NCBI GenBank assembly: GCA_016295225.1
Contig: JAEDLP010000001.1
Location: 10,605 to 74,604 of the forward strand
Origin: Oscillospiraceae bacterium
GTDB taxonomy: Bacteria; Bacillota; Clostridia; Oscillospirales; Oscillospiraceae
Length of the DNA: 64,000 nt
Direction: 5' to 3'
Positions 46,931-56,933 of the stretch are shown piece by piece. Positions within the stretch are counted from its first letter, which is position 1. Each line of letters begins with the position of its first letter. The translations under genes were made by a program, and so were the position numbers. The notes below the pieces were generated by a model, which worked only from the letters and a program-made list of their open reading frames with translations, searched no databases and was not told where the DNA came from.

Positions 46931-49677
46931 GACCCATCACATTGACCATGTCCGCCTTTGGACCCTACGGGGACGAGGTCACGGTGGATTTTTCACTCCT
47001 GGGCCAGCGGGGGCTCTACCTCATCACCGGGGACACCGGGGCGGGAAAGACCAGCATTTTTGACGCCATTACCTTTGCTCTCTACGGCGAGGCCAGCGGC
47101 CCCAACCGGGAGCCCTCCATGCTCCGCAGCAGTTACGCCCAGCCCGCCGCGCCCACCTTTGTGGAGATGGTGTTTCAATGTGGGAATCAGGAATATCGGG
47201 TCTGCCGGAATCCGGAGTATCTCCGCCCGGCCAAACGGGGGGACAAGCTGGTCACGGAAAAGGCGGACGCCCTGCTGACCTTTTCCGACGGCCGGGAACC
47301 AGTGACCGGCGCGCGAGACGTGACCAAAGCCGTCTGTGAGATTGTAGGCCTGGACCGAACCCAGTTTGCCCGGATCGCCATGATCGCCCAGGGGGAGTTT
47401 CTGAACCTGCTCCTGGCCAAGACCGAGGAGCGAAGCAAGATTTTTCGGGAGATTTTCCATACCAAGCTGTATCAGAGGCTCCAGGAAACCTTAAAAGCCG
47501 AGGCCGGCAAGCAGAAGTCCGCCTATGAATCCCTGTCCGAGAGCATTCGGCAGTATATCGACAGCGTTCGTCCGCCGGAGGACGGTCGGGAACGATGGGA
47601 AGAAGCTGCGGTCTCCGGGGATGTGCTGCCCCTGCTGGATGAGTTCTTAGTGCGCGCGGCTGGCGAGCTGAAGGAGTTGGACTGCCAGGAAGGGCTCCTC
47701 CGTCAGGAAGTGGAATCCTTGGATCGCCGGATCGGGAAGGCGGAGACCCGGGAAAAGGCCCGGCGGGACTGGAACCAGGCACGGGCTCGACTGCCGGAGC
47801 TGACTGGGCGGCAGGAGGAACTGCGGCGGCAGTGGGAGAAGGCCCAGGGGGAAGAGCAGGGGCTGAAAAGTCTGGCGGTGGAGATTGAGACCCGTACCCG
47901 GCAGCTGCCCGCCTATGAGGAGCGGGAGGGGCTGCGCGAGCAGGTAGAGGAAAGCAGAGCCCAGCTGGCGGACGCGGAGAAGGCGGCGGGTCAGGCGGCG
48001 GAAAACGCCCGGGTTTTCCATGAAAAGCTGGAGGAGCTTCGGAAGGAATTGGCCGGGCTGGAAGGCCTGCCTCAGCAGGAAGAAGTCCTCAGAAGGCGGA
48101 AAGAGGATGCAGAAACCAAAGAGGCTGAGCTGGAGAAACTCCAGAAGCTTCTCGTCCGCTGCATCCAGCAGGAAACGGTCCAGAAAGACACGCTGAAACA
48201 ATATGTAGCTGCTGCGGAAAAAGCGGAGAAGGCCCGGCAGGCATACACCCGCTTGGAGCGGGCTTTCCTGGATGGTCAGGCAGGCTACCTGGCCAGCTTT
48301 TTGCGGGAAGGGGAGAAGTGCCCGGTGTGCGGCTCTCTCCACCATCCGGCTCCGGCGGTTTGCGCCGGAAAGACGCCGACCAAGGAGGCGTTGGAGGAGA
48401 AAAAAGCCGAGACCGAGGGGATGGAAGCTGCCGCCTCCCGGGCCAGCCGGGAAGCCGGCCTTGCCCGGGAGCGATGGGAAGAGGCGCAGCGTCAGGTTCA
48501 AGACTGGGCAAAGTCCCTCTTTGGAGAAGGGGCCATAGAGGATCTGCCAACCCACTTGACTCAGGCTGTGGAGGCGTTAAAAGAGGAAGAGACGAGACTC
48601 TGGGAGGAGGAAACCCTTCTGGAGAGCAGGCTGACGCGGCGCAGACAAGTGGAGGAACAGATCCCCCAGATTGAGGAACAGGAAAACCAGAGCCGGCAGG
48701 ATATGCTGGAGGGGGAGAAGGTACGGGCCGGGCTGGAGGCCCGGCTAACGTCCTTATCGGCCCAGCTGGAGAAACAGGAAGAGAGCTTGGAGTTTGCCAC
48801 CCGCCAGGCGGCGGAGGAGCGCATCGAAACCCTGCGAACCACCCTCCAGACAGGGGAGAGGGCTTTGGCTGCGGCCAGGGAAGCCTATGAGACCTGCTGC
48901 CGTGAGCTTGCCCAGGTGGAGACCAAAGTCAAAACCCTGGAAGAACAGCTCCGAGGCGGAGAGGACGAGAGCTTGGAGACCCTGAAACAGCGGGCCAAAG
49001 AGCTCCGAGCCAAACAGCGGAACAACGCGGAGGCCCGGGAGGAACACATCACCAGCCTTGACGCCAACCGGCGGGCCCGGGAGGCCATTTCCCGCCAGAT
49101 GGAGAAACGGAAGGAAACCGAGCGGCGCTGGATCTGGATTCGGGCGCTGTCCAACACGGCCAATGGAACGGTGCCGGGCAAGGACAAGATCATGCTGGAG
49201 ACCTATATCCAGATGACTTGGTTTGAACGAATCCTGGCCCGGGCCAACGTTCGCCTCATGACCATGACCAGCGGACGGTACGAACTCCGACGGCGGCGAG
49301 AGGCGGAGAATCAGCGCAGCCGCAGCGGGCTGGAGCTCAATGTGCTGGATCACTACAAGGGAGCGGAGCGAAGCGTCAAGACGTTGTCCGGCGGAGAGTC
49401 CTTCCAGGCGTCTCTGGCCCTGGCGTTGGGACTGGCCGACGAGATGCAGGCGGCGGCCGGCGGCATTCGCCTGGATGCGCTCTTTGTGGATGAGGGCTTT
49501 GGTTCCTTGGATGACGAGGCCCTGGAGCAGGCTGTGCGCACGCTGAACGGTCTCACGGAAGGGAATAAGCTGGTGGGGATCATCTCCCATGTCTCGTCTC
49601 TGAAAGCACGGATCGAACGCCAAATCGTGGTGTCCAAGACCCGCGGCGGCAGCAGTACTATCCGCTTAACCCTCTAA
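46927..49677 (+). CDS. sbcC: Nuclease SbcCD subunit C (Rad50-like)
   Basis: Walker A GDTGAGKT, Q-loop, CPVCG zinc hook, LSGGE, VDEGFGSLD. Confidence 0.95.
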   Translation: MRPITLTMSAFGPYGDEVTVDFSLLGQRGLYLITGDTGAGKTSIFDAITFALYGEASGPNREPSMLRSSYAQPAAPTFVEMVFQCGNQEYRVCRNPEYLRPAKRGDKLVTEKADALLTFSDGREPVTGARDVTKAVCEIVGLDRTQFARIAMIAQGEFLNLLLAKTEERSKIFREIFHTKLYQRLQETLKAEAGKQKSAYESLSESIRQYIDSVRPPEDGRERWEEAAVSGDVLPLLDEFLVRAAGELKELDCQEGLLRQEVESLDRRIGKAETREKARRDWNQARARLPELTGRQEELRRQWEKAQGEEQGLKSLAVEIETRTRQLPAYEEREGLREQVEESRAQLADAEKAAGQAAENARVFHEKLEELRKELAGLEGLPQQEEVLRRRKEDAETKEAELEKLQKLLVRCIQQETVQKDTLKQYVAAAEKAEKARQAYTRLERAFLDGQAGYLASFLREGEKCPVCGSLHHPAPAVCAGKTPTKEALEEKKAETEGMEAAASRASREAGLARERWEEAQRQVQDWAKSLFGEGAIEDLPTHLTQAVEALKEEETRLWEEETLLESRLTRRRQVEEQIPQIEEQENQSRQDMLEGEKVRAGLEARLTSLSAQLEKQEESLEFATRQAAEERIETLRTTLQTGERALAAAREAYETCCRELAQVETKVKTLEEQLRGGEDESLETLKQRAKELRAKQRNNAEAREEHITSLDANRRAREAISRQMEKRKETERRWIWIRALSNTANGTVPGKDKIMLETYIQMTWFERILARANVRLMTMTSGRYELRRRREAENQRSRSGLELNVLDHYKGAERSVKTLSGGESFQASLALALGLADEMQAAAGGIRLDALFVDEGFGSLDDEALEQAVRTLNGLTEGNKLVGIISHVSSLKARIERQIVVSKTRGGSSTIRLTL

Positions 49678-49846
49678 ATCCAGGGGGACCCCTTCTTGCG
49701 AAAGAATATTTTGCGTGACGCATCGTTAAATCTTAAAAATAAGTTGCAAAAACAGCAAAACTATAGTAAACTAAATAGACAATGTTAGAGAAGAACATAT
49801 GTCCGTTTGCGGCGGACGCTCTAACAAATTTAAGGAGGTAAAAAAT

Positions 49847-51046
49847 ATGAAGAAGATTCTTGCACTTCTGCTGGCCGGCTGCATGGCGTTCGCTCTGTGC
49901 GCCTGCGGCACCGCTGCGGATCCCCAGCCTGCCGACGACGGCGATGCTGCTGCCAGCGGCGATACCATCACCATCGGCGTGTTCGAGCCTCAGTCTGGCG
50001 ACAACGGCGCCGGCGGCAAGCAGGAGATCCTGGGTATGCAGTATGCAAACTCTGTCTGCCCCACCGTGGAGATCGACGGCAAGACCTACAACGTCAAGCT
50101 GGCCATCGCAGATAACGAGTCCTCTAACGACAAGGCTGTGTCTGCAGCTAAGACTCTGATCTCCAAGAACCCCTCCATCATCCTGGGTTCCTATGGTTCC
50201 GGCGTGTCCATCGCCGCATCTGAGACCTTCGCACAGGCCGGTATCCCCGCCATGGGCGTTACCTGCACCAACCCCCAGGTTACCGAGGGCAACAGCCACT
50301 ACTTCCGCATCTGCTTCCTGGATCCCTTCCAGGGCACCGTCCTGGCAAACTTTGCTAAGGATGAGCTGGGTGCAACCAAGGTCTACTGCCTGGGCCAGCT
50401 GGGCAACGACTATGACCAGGGTCTGCTGAACTACTTCAAGCAGGCTGCTGAGGCTGCAGGCATCGAGTGCGTCGTCGAGTCCTTCCCTGAGAACAACTCC
50501 GACTTCAACTCCTACCTGACCAACGCAAAGAACCAGGGTTGCGATGTGATCTTCGCTCCCACCTCCATCAGCTATGCACAGCTGATCGTTGAGCAGGCTG
50601 CTGCTCAGGGCATCACCATGCCTCTGCTGGCTCCCGACACTTGGGACTCCAACGTGATCCTGGGTGCAGCACAGGGCAAGAACCTGGAGATCTATGTTTC
50701 CACCTTCTATGCTGAGGGCGGCGACCCCGACTTCGAAGCAGGCATCAAGGAGTGGATCAACGCTGACTCCACCAACCTGTCCAACAACGGCGGCAACGAC
50801 ATGCTGGCTGCTGTTACCGTCATGGGTTACGACGCATACTTCACCGCTCTGGAAGCAATCAAGGCCGCCGGCTCCGCTGATCCCGCAGCCGTGATGGCAG
50901 CTCTGCCTTCCGTCACTTACACTGGCGTTTCCGGCTCCATTGCATTCGATGAGATCGGCGATGCTGTCCGTGACAGCGCCTTCATCAAGACTGCCAACGT
51001 GACCGACAACGTTTGGGACTTCGTTGCAGTTCAGGGCGTCGAGTAA
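49847..51046 (+). CDS. livK: Liv-family amino acid ABC transporter substrate-binding lipoprotein
   Basis: Lipobox LCAC, GSYGSG, YFRICFLDPFQG, GYDAY. Confidence 0.85.
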   Translation: MKKILALLLAGCMAFALCACGTAADPQPADDGDAAASGDTITIGVFEPQSGDNGAGGKQEILGMQYANSVCPTVEIDGKTYNVKLAIADNESSNDKAVSAAKTLISKNPSIILGSYGSGVSIAASETFAQAGIPAMGVTCTNPQVTEGNSHYFRICFLDPFQGTVLANFAKDELGATKVYCLGQLGNDYDQGLLNYFKQAAEAAGIECVVESFPENNSDFNSYLTNAKNQGCDVIFAPTSISYAQLIVEQAAAQGITMPLLAPDTWDSNVILGAAQGKNLEIYVSTFYAEGGDPDFEAGIKEWINADSTNLSNNGGNDMLAAVTVMGYDAYFTALEAIKAAGSADPAAVMAALPSVTYTGVSGSIAFDEIGDAVRDSAFIKTANVTDNVWDFVAVQGVE

Positions 51047-51267
51047 TTTCGCTGTATTTCTATAATACGGCCCATTCAACGAGTTAAATCAGTCTGTGGC
51101 GGGGGTACCAGGTGCTCCCGCCACGGCTGTCCTTTTGGATTCGACAGATTTTTCCGTCCAGAGCGTGTTTTGCCTAGGGAAGGGAACGTATGAATGCGTT
51201 CCATAGAACCTTCCGTGAAACGGATTGATGCGTTCCAAATCTTATGAGAGAAGGAGAAGAGACTGCA

Positions 51268-52155
51268 ATGTCTGAACTAATTTCTGCCAATCTGCCGTAT
51301 TTGCTTGCCGGTATTTCCGTCGGCGGCCAGTATGCGCTGATCGCCATTGGCTACACCATGGTGTACGGCATCCTTCGCCTGATCAACTTCGCCCACGGCG
51401 ACGTGTTCATGGTGGCCGGCCTCATCATGGTCTATGCAACGGCGTCTTTGCCCATCTACGTTTCCGTTGTCCTGGTGCTGGTTTTTACGGTCATTTTGGG
51501 CGTGCTCATTGAAAAGGTGGCCTATAAACCCCTGCGTTCGGCTCCCCGTATGTCGGTTATGATCTCCGCCATCGGCGTGTCCTACCTGCTGCAGAACTGC
51601 GCCCTGTACTTTACAGGCGGTCTGCCTCAGATCTACCCCACCATCCCCTTCCTGTCCAAGGTGATCAAGATCGGCTCCGCGTCCACCAAGATGGTCACGG
51701 TCATCACCCCCATCCTGACCCTGGCTCTGGTTTTTGCCCTGGTTTTCCTGATTAAGAAGACCAAGATCGGCATGGCCATGCGCGCTGTGTCCAAGGACTT
51801 TGAGACCAGTGAGCTTATGGGTATCAAGATCAATAACGTCATCAGCATGACCTTTGTCATCGGCTGCTTCCTGGCTGCCGTTGGTTCTCTGCTGTATTTC
51901 TCCAACTATCCCTCCGTCATCCCCACTTCCGGCGCCATGCCTGGTCTGAAGGCCTTCGTGGCAGCTGTCTTTGGCGGCATCGGTTCTGTTCCCGGTGCTG
52001 TTATCGGCGCATTCATTATCGGTATTTGTGAGAATATCATCAAGGGCATGGGTCTGACCGTGTTCTCCGACGCGTTCACCTTCGTTCTGCTGATTATCAT
52101 CCTGCTGGTCAAGCCCACCGGTATCTTCGGTGAGAAGTCCACGGATAAGGTGTGA
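51268..52155 (+). CDS. livH: Branched-chain amino acid ABC permease
   Basis: YALIAIGYTMVYG..INFAHG, GMAMRA, GGIGS. Confidence 0.93.
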   Translation: MSELISANLPYLLAGISVGGQYALIAIGYTMVYGILRLINFAHGDVFMVAGLIMVYATASLPIYVSVVLVLVFTVILGVLIEKVAYKPLRSAPRMSVMISAIGVSYLLQNCALYFTGGLPQIYPTIPFLSKVIKIGSASTKMVTVITPILTLALVFALVFLIKKTKIGMAMRAVSKDFETSELMGIKINNVISMTFVIGCFLAAVGSLLYFSNYPSVIPTSGAMPGLKAFVAAVFGGIGSVPGAVIGAFIIGICENIIKGMGLTVFSDAFTFVLLIIILLVKPTGIFGEKSTDKV

Positions 52156-52165
52156 GGTGTTGACT

Positions 52166-53383
52166 ATGGGAAAGAAATTGAAAACCAAGGCGGCGCCCGA
52201 GCAGAGAGCGAGTACTATCATCACCATCGTTCTGCTGGCCGCACTGTACATCTTCTTATTTGCGCTGGACAATGCGCTGCCCACCACCCCCACCACCGTT
52301 ATGCTGATTCCGGTGCTGCAGAAGGGCGCAATCTATGCGCTGGTCTGCGTATCCATGAATCTGCTGAACGGCTTTACGGGCCTGTTCTCTCTGGGTCAGG
52401 CGGGCTTCATGCTGATTGGCGCATACGCCTATGCGATATTCTGCATTCCCGCCGGTCAGCACGCCGCTGTTTATCAGTACTTTGAAGGCGGCGTCGTTCA
52501 GTTCTCCATTCCCGAGATGCTGAGCGGCGTGCTGGGTGAGAATGCCGGCGCTTTCCTGGGCGCTATCATTTGCATCATCATCGCCGGCATCGTGGCGGCA
52601 ATTTTTGCAGCGCTGATTGGTATTCCCGTTCTGCGTCTGAAGAGCGACTACCTGGCCATTGCGACCCTGGGCTTTGCGGAGATCCTCCGTGCGTTCTTCC
52701 AGTGGGATGGCCTGGGCAAGATCACCAACGGCTCCAACCTGCTGCGTAAGTACGTTAACTTCCACAACATCAAAATCCAGATCGGCGGCATGATCTATCA
52801 GCTGGATACCATTTTCCCCTTCTTCATTGCGACCCTCAGTATCCTGATCATTGTCCTGCTGGTGAACTCTTCCTATGGCCGCGCCTTTAAATCCATCCGC
52901 GACGATGAGATCGCCGCTGAGGCCATGGGCATCAACCTCTTCAAGCACAAGATGCTCTCCTTCGTGATCTCCAGCTTCTTTGCCGGCGTGGGCGGCGCTC
53001 TGCTGGCCATGTTCCAGACCACCGTTCAGGCCGCTCCCTTCCGTGCGTCTATGACCTATGAGATCCTTCTTATGGTGGTTATCGGCGGTATCGGTTCCAT
53101 CTCCGGCAGCTGCATCGCATCCTTCCTGTACATCGCCTGCTCCGAGTGGTGGCTGCGTTTCCTGGACAGCGGTTCCTTCATGGGCATGACGGTTCCTTTC
53201 TTCCGCGACGGCTTCCGCAAGGTCGTCTTCTCCGTGGTCATCATGATCATCGTCCTGTTCTTCTCCAGAGGAATCATGGGTGATAAGGAGTTGTCGCTTG
53301 CGGGAATGATTCGAAAATTCAAAAAGAAAAAGGAAGTCAAAGCAGCCAAGGTCGCTGCAGGGAAGGAGGGTGACGCAAAATGA
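52166..53383 (+). CDS. livM: Branched-chain amino acid ABC permease
   Basis: GFTGLFSLGQAGF, LRLKSDYLAIATLGF, IRDDEIAAEAMG. Confidence 0.93.
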   Translation: MGKKLKTKAAPEQRASTIITIVLLAALYIFLFALDNALPTTPTTVMLIPVLQKGAIYALVCVSMNLLNGFTGLFSLGQAGFMLIGAYAYAIFCIPAGQHAAVYQYFEGGVVQFSIPEMLSGVLGENAGAFLGAIICIIIAGIVAAIFAALIGIPVLRLKSDYLAIATLGFAEILRAFFQWDGLGKITNGSNLLRKYVNFHNIKIQIGGMIYQLDTIFPFFIATLSILIIVLLVNSSYGRAFKSIRDDEIAAEAMGINLFKHKMLSFVISSFFAGVGGALLAMFQTTVQAAPFRASMTYEILLMVVIGGIGSISGSCIASFLYIACSEWWLRFLDSGSFMGMTVPFFRDGFRKVVFSVVIMIIVLFFSRGIMGDKELSLAGMIRKFKKKKEVKAAKVAAGKEGDAK

Positions 53384-54234
53384 GTGATCGACAGAATGTT
53401 CTGCGGGTAGAGAATGCTACCATGCAGTTTGGCGGTGTCGTGGCTGTGAACAACCTGTCCCTGGAGGTGAACCAGGGGGAGATCGTTGCCCTGATCGGCC
53501 CCAACGGCGCAGGTAAGACCACCGCTTTCAACGTCATTACCGGCGTGTACCAGCCCACCAACGGCGAGATATCCTTTATGGGCAAGCCCATGATCCGGAA
53601 TCACCCCCGGGGAAAAATGGAGAAGCTCTACAAAGGGCAGAACGGCGACCTGTATCGCCACGGCCACACCCTGGCCCCCACCCCCGACCACATCACCAAG
53701 CTGGGCATTGCTCGTACGTTTCAGAACATCCGCCTGTGGAAGAGCATGACTGTCTTTGAAAACGTCATCATTGCAAAGCACATGCGCGCCAAGCATAATA
53801 TTTTTACCTCTACGTTCCGTTTGAGCCATAAGGAAGAGGCACGGATGCGGGAGGAGACCGAGGCATTGCTGCGGGAACAGGGGCTGTGGCACTTAAAGGA
53901 TGAACTGGCTACCAGCCTGCCTTATGGCTATCAGCGCCGCCTGGAGATTGCCCGCGCCTTGGCCACCGATCCCAAGCTTCTGCTGCTGGATGAGCCTGCA
54001 GCCGGCATGAACCCCCAGGAGACCCTGGAACTGGCCGACTTTATCCATGAGATTCGAGACAAGTACAACCTGACCATTCTGCTGATCGAGCACCACATGG
54101 ATCTGGTCATGAACATCTCTGACCGCATCTATGTTCTGGACTTTGGCAGCCTGATCGCACAGGGCCTGCCTGCTGAGATCCAAAAGAATCAGCACGTGAT
54201 CGACGCCTATCTGGGGGTAGTAGAAGATGAGTGA
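53380..54234 (+). CDS. livG: Branched-chain amino acid ABC ATPase
   Basis: GPNGAGKT, RTFQNIRL, LPYG, LLLDEPAAG. Confidence 0.94.
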   Translation: MSDRQNVLRVENATMQFGGVVAVNNLSLEVNQGEIVALIGPNGAGKTTAFNVITGVYQPTNGEISFMGKPMIRNHPRGKMEKLYKGQNGDLYRHGHTLAPTPDHITKLGIARTFQNIRLWKSMTVFENVIIAKHMRAKHNIFTSTFRLSHKEEARMREETEALLREQGLWHLKDELATSLPYGYQRRLEIARALATDPKLLLLDEPAAGMNPQETLELADFIHEIRDKYNLTILLIEHHMDLVMNISDRIYVLDFGSLIAQGLPAEIQKNQHVIDAYLGVVEDE

Positions 54235-54937
54235 ACCCATTCTCAGTATTCAAAATTTGCAGGTTAATTACGGCGGCATTGAAGCCGTAAAGGGCGTTTC
54301 CTTTGATGTGCCTGAAGGTGAAATCGTTACGCTGATCGGCGCCAACGGCGCTGGCAAGAGCTCCACCCTTCGTGCTATTTCCGGTCTGGTGAAGCCCAAG
54401 AGCGGAAAGATCCTGTTCAAGGGGGAGGATATCACCGGCAAGAACCCCACGGAGATGGTCTCCCGGGGCATCACCTTGGTTCCGGAAGGCCGCCGTATTT
54501 TCCCCGACCTGACCGTTAAGGAAAACCTGCGTATTGGCGCTTACCTGCGCAAGGATGACATCAGCGAAGATATGGAGTGGGTCTTTAACCTGTTCCCCCG
54601 CCTGCGGGAGAGAGAATGGCAGGCGGGCGGCACGCTGTCTGGCGGTGAGCAGCAGATGCTGGCCGTGGGCCGTGCGCTGATGAGCCGTCCCAAGGTCATG
54701 ATGATGGACGAACCTTCTCTGGGTCTGGCTCCTCTGGTGGTCCGTGAGATTTTCCGTATCATTGAGGAGGTCAACAAGAAGGGCGTTACCATCCTGCTCA
54801 TCGAGCAGAACGCGAACATGGCTCTGAAGACCGCACACATGGGCTATGTGCTGGAGACCGGCCGGATCACCATGTCTGGCCCCGGCAAGGAATTGCTGGT
54901 GAACGAAGACATCAAGAAAGCCTATCTGGGTACTTGA
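54227..54937 (+). CDS. livF: Branched-chain amino acid ABC ATPase
   Basis: GANGAGKS, VPEGRRIF, LSGGEQQM, DEPSLGLAP. Confidence 0.95.
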   Translation: MSEPILSIQNLQVNYGGIEAVKGVSFDVPEGEIVTLIGANGAGKSSTLRAISGLVKPKSGKILFKGEDITGKNPTEMVSRGITLVPEGRRIFPDLTVKENLRIGAYLRKDDISEDMEWVFNLFPRLREREWQAGGTLSGGEQQMLAVGRALMSRPKVMMMDEPSLGLAPLVVREIFRIIEEVNKKGVTILLIEQNANMALKTAHMGYVLETGRITMSGPGKELLVNEDIKKAYLGT

Positions 54938-54951
54938 TCCAAACCAAGGGA

Positions 54952-55002
54952 TAAAACAGCGCAAAGGGGCGCACCGGAGAACGGTGCGCCTTTTGCTGTT
55001 TT
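54952..55002 (+). terminator. Rho-independent terminator
   Basis: GGCGCACCG-gagaa-CGGTGCGCC followed by TTTT. Confidence 0.85.
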
Positions 55003-55276
55003 AAAAGACTTTTTGTAACTATGCAATATTTGCAGGATTTTTTGTAGAAATGAAGAAAGTACCGATTTTTTGCATAATACCATTCAAAATAAATCATATA
55101 AAACAAATTAAATGCAAAATAGCGTAATAAAATTGTGAAGAAAGTCAAAAAATATGAAAGAACAAAAAAATATCTTGCAAAAAATGAGTTCCGGTGTTAT
55201 AGTTTCATCTGTAATAAAGAGGAAACAAGGTTTCTGTTTATATCATTCCGGAAAACAGAAGAAGGAGGTAACTGGT

Positions 55277-55741
55277 ATGGGTACACATGAATCTTTTGTT
55301 TTGATCAACGCCTGCTATGCGTTAACCGAAGAGTATCGCGCGATTTTGAATAAAATCGGACGAGCCCATCAGCTGACCGAAAATGAAATGCTGGTTTTGG
55401 TTCACCTCGCTCTGAATCCGGACGCCCGCACCCAGAAGAAGCTCCAGGCAACCAATCTTCACCTGTCCATGTCTTCTATTTGCCGGATGGTGGAGTCTCT
55501 GCGTAAGAAGGGTTACCTGACTACGGAGCTGGATGAGAATGACCGGCGTTCCTGGATCATTCATCTGGAAGAGCGGGGAGCTAACCTGGCTGATACCTTC
55601 CGCAAGTGTCTGAACCAGAGACTGGAGGACATTTTCAGTTGTATTCCCGGTTTTGATTTGGATCTTTTCGTGGGTACCCTTTCAAGAGCTGCCTTATCAG
55701 CCCATGACCGCGCCGCCCGTACAAGGCTGGCTGCCATTTGA
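55277..55741 (+). CDS. MarR family transcriptional regulator
   Basis: LTENE..VL, SSICRMVESLRKKGYL, DENDRR; AAGGAGG RBS. Confidence 0.88.
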   Translation: MGTHESFVLINACYALTEEYRAILNKIGRAHQLTENEMLVLVHLALNPDARTQKKLQATNLHLSMSSICRMVESLRKKGYLTTELDENDRRSWIIHLEERGANLADTFRKCLNQRLEDIFSCIPGFDLDLFVGTLSRAALSAHDRAARTRLAAI

Positions 55742-55795
55742 ACGCATTTTGATCGATCTGCCTTGCCAAAACAATCAATCAAATCGCCCCCTTTC

Positions 55796-55838
55796 CAATC
55801 GAGAGGCCTCAGTCCCTGGGACTGAGGCCTCTCGATTG
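55796..55838. repeat. 43-bp palindrome (21-1-21)
   Basis: CAATCGAGAGGCCTCAGTCCC-t-GGGACTGAGGCCTCTCGATTG. Confidence 0.9.
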
Positions 55839-55860
55839 TGCTATTTTCAATCTCTAGAAA

Positions 55861-55922
55861 ATTATTGACAAACGATAATTTGTATGGTATTCTCAAAATA
55901 GAAATTATCGTAAAACAATAAT
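55861..55922 (+). promoter_or_regulatory. SigA promoter with two palindromic operators
   Basis: TTGACA-17-TATTCT with TG extension; ATTATTG-N5-CGATAAT (55861-55879) and ATTATCG-N5-CAATAAT (55904-55922). Confidence 0.75.
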
Positions 55923-55946
55923 CTGATTTCAATCTGGAGGTGTGCC

Positions 55947-56918
55947 ATGAACGCGAAACGGTATCCATTTGCAGGCCTTCTGGTTCTGGAGGCCTTTGTC
56001 CTCCTGATGCTCTGCTGGGCGGGGCACGCGAACCAAGGGTGGTTCTCCGGTGCCCTGGCCTTTCCCTTCGAACAGCTCGGCGCGGGCCTGCGGGCCCTTT
56101 CCCTGGCCGGGGGGATGGGAAATGCGCTGTCCCTTCTGCTCTATGCCGTGATCTGTCTTCTTCCCGGGGCTGCCCTCCTGGTCATCCGCCGGAAGCGAGC
56201 CCTCTGCAGGGAGGATGGTCTGCTGGCCCTGCTGACCGTCCTGCTCTTTGCTGTGATGTACTACATGGTGAATCCCGGCCTGATCCCCGCACCCCAGGGG
56301 CTGATGGACGGGGCCTCCTACAAGGGTCTGTTCGGCGGCGCGGTGTATGCCCTGCTCTTCGGATACGGGGTTCTTCGGCTTCTGGGACGCTTTGTGGAAG
56401 CGGATCGGAACAAGCTGCAGGATTACCTCTTCCTCCTGCTCAAGATCCTGGCGGTGGTCTTTATTTACCTGGCCTTCGGCGCCTGCTTCCGGGATTTTCT
56501 GACTGCCATGGCCGCTCTGCGGGAGGGGAACCAGGGCAATGAAGGGGCGCTGGTGGTCAGCTATGGCTTTCTGTTCCTCCGCTGGCTGGCGGCGGCGCTG
56601 CCCTATGTGCTGGATGTAGTGGTCATTCTGGCGGCCCTGGATCTTCTGGAAAATATGCGGGCCGACCGGTATTCCGAGGCAGTGGCGGCGGCGGCGCAAA
56701 AGCTATCCTGCCTGTGCATGGTGAGTTTGGCGGCCACCGTGCTGGTCACCGTGGTGCTGAACCTCCTCCAGCTTCTCTTCCTGGGGGAGCTGTACACCCT
56801 CCACGTGACGGTCTATCTGCCGGTGCTCTCCATCGCCTTTGTGCTGGGGGTTCTGCTCCTGGTTCAATTCATCGGGGAAAACCGGCAGCTCAAGGAAGAC
56901 AACGATCTGTTTATCTGA
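55947..56918 (+). CDS. Membrane protein with DUF2975-like C-terminus
   Basis: About 8 TM segments; ends LKEDNDLFI; directly precedes a YozG-type HTH gene. Confidence 0.72.
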   Translation: MNAKRYPFAGLLVLEAFVLLMLCWAGHANQGWFSGALAFPFEQLGAGLRALSLAGGMGNALSLLLYAVICLLPGAALLVIRRKRALCREDGLLALLTVLLFAVMYYMVNPGLIPAPQGLMDGASYKGLFGGAVYALLFGYGVLRLLGRFVEADRNKLQDYLFLLLKILAVVFIYLAFGACFRDFLTAMAALREGNQGNEGALVVSYGFLFLRWLAAALPYVLDVVVILAALDLLENMRADRYSEAVAAAAQKLSCLCMVSLAATVLVTVVLNLLQLLFLGELYTLHVTVYLPVLSIAFVLGVLLLVQFIGENRQLKEDNDLFI

Positions 56919-56933
56919 GGGGGGTGAGCCGCC

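Noticed and set aside
45794..49677. SMC-like ATPase plus nuclease as an anti-phage or anti-plasmid system
   Set aside because: Canonical sbcD-sbcC with Rad50 zinc hook in a housekeeping context; no defence-island neighbours.
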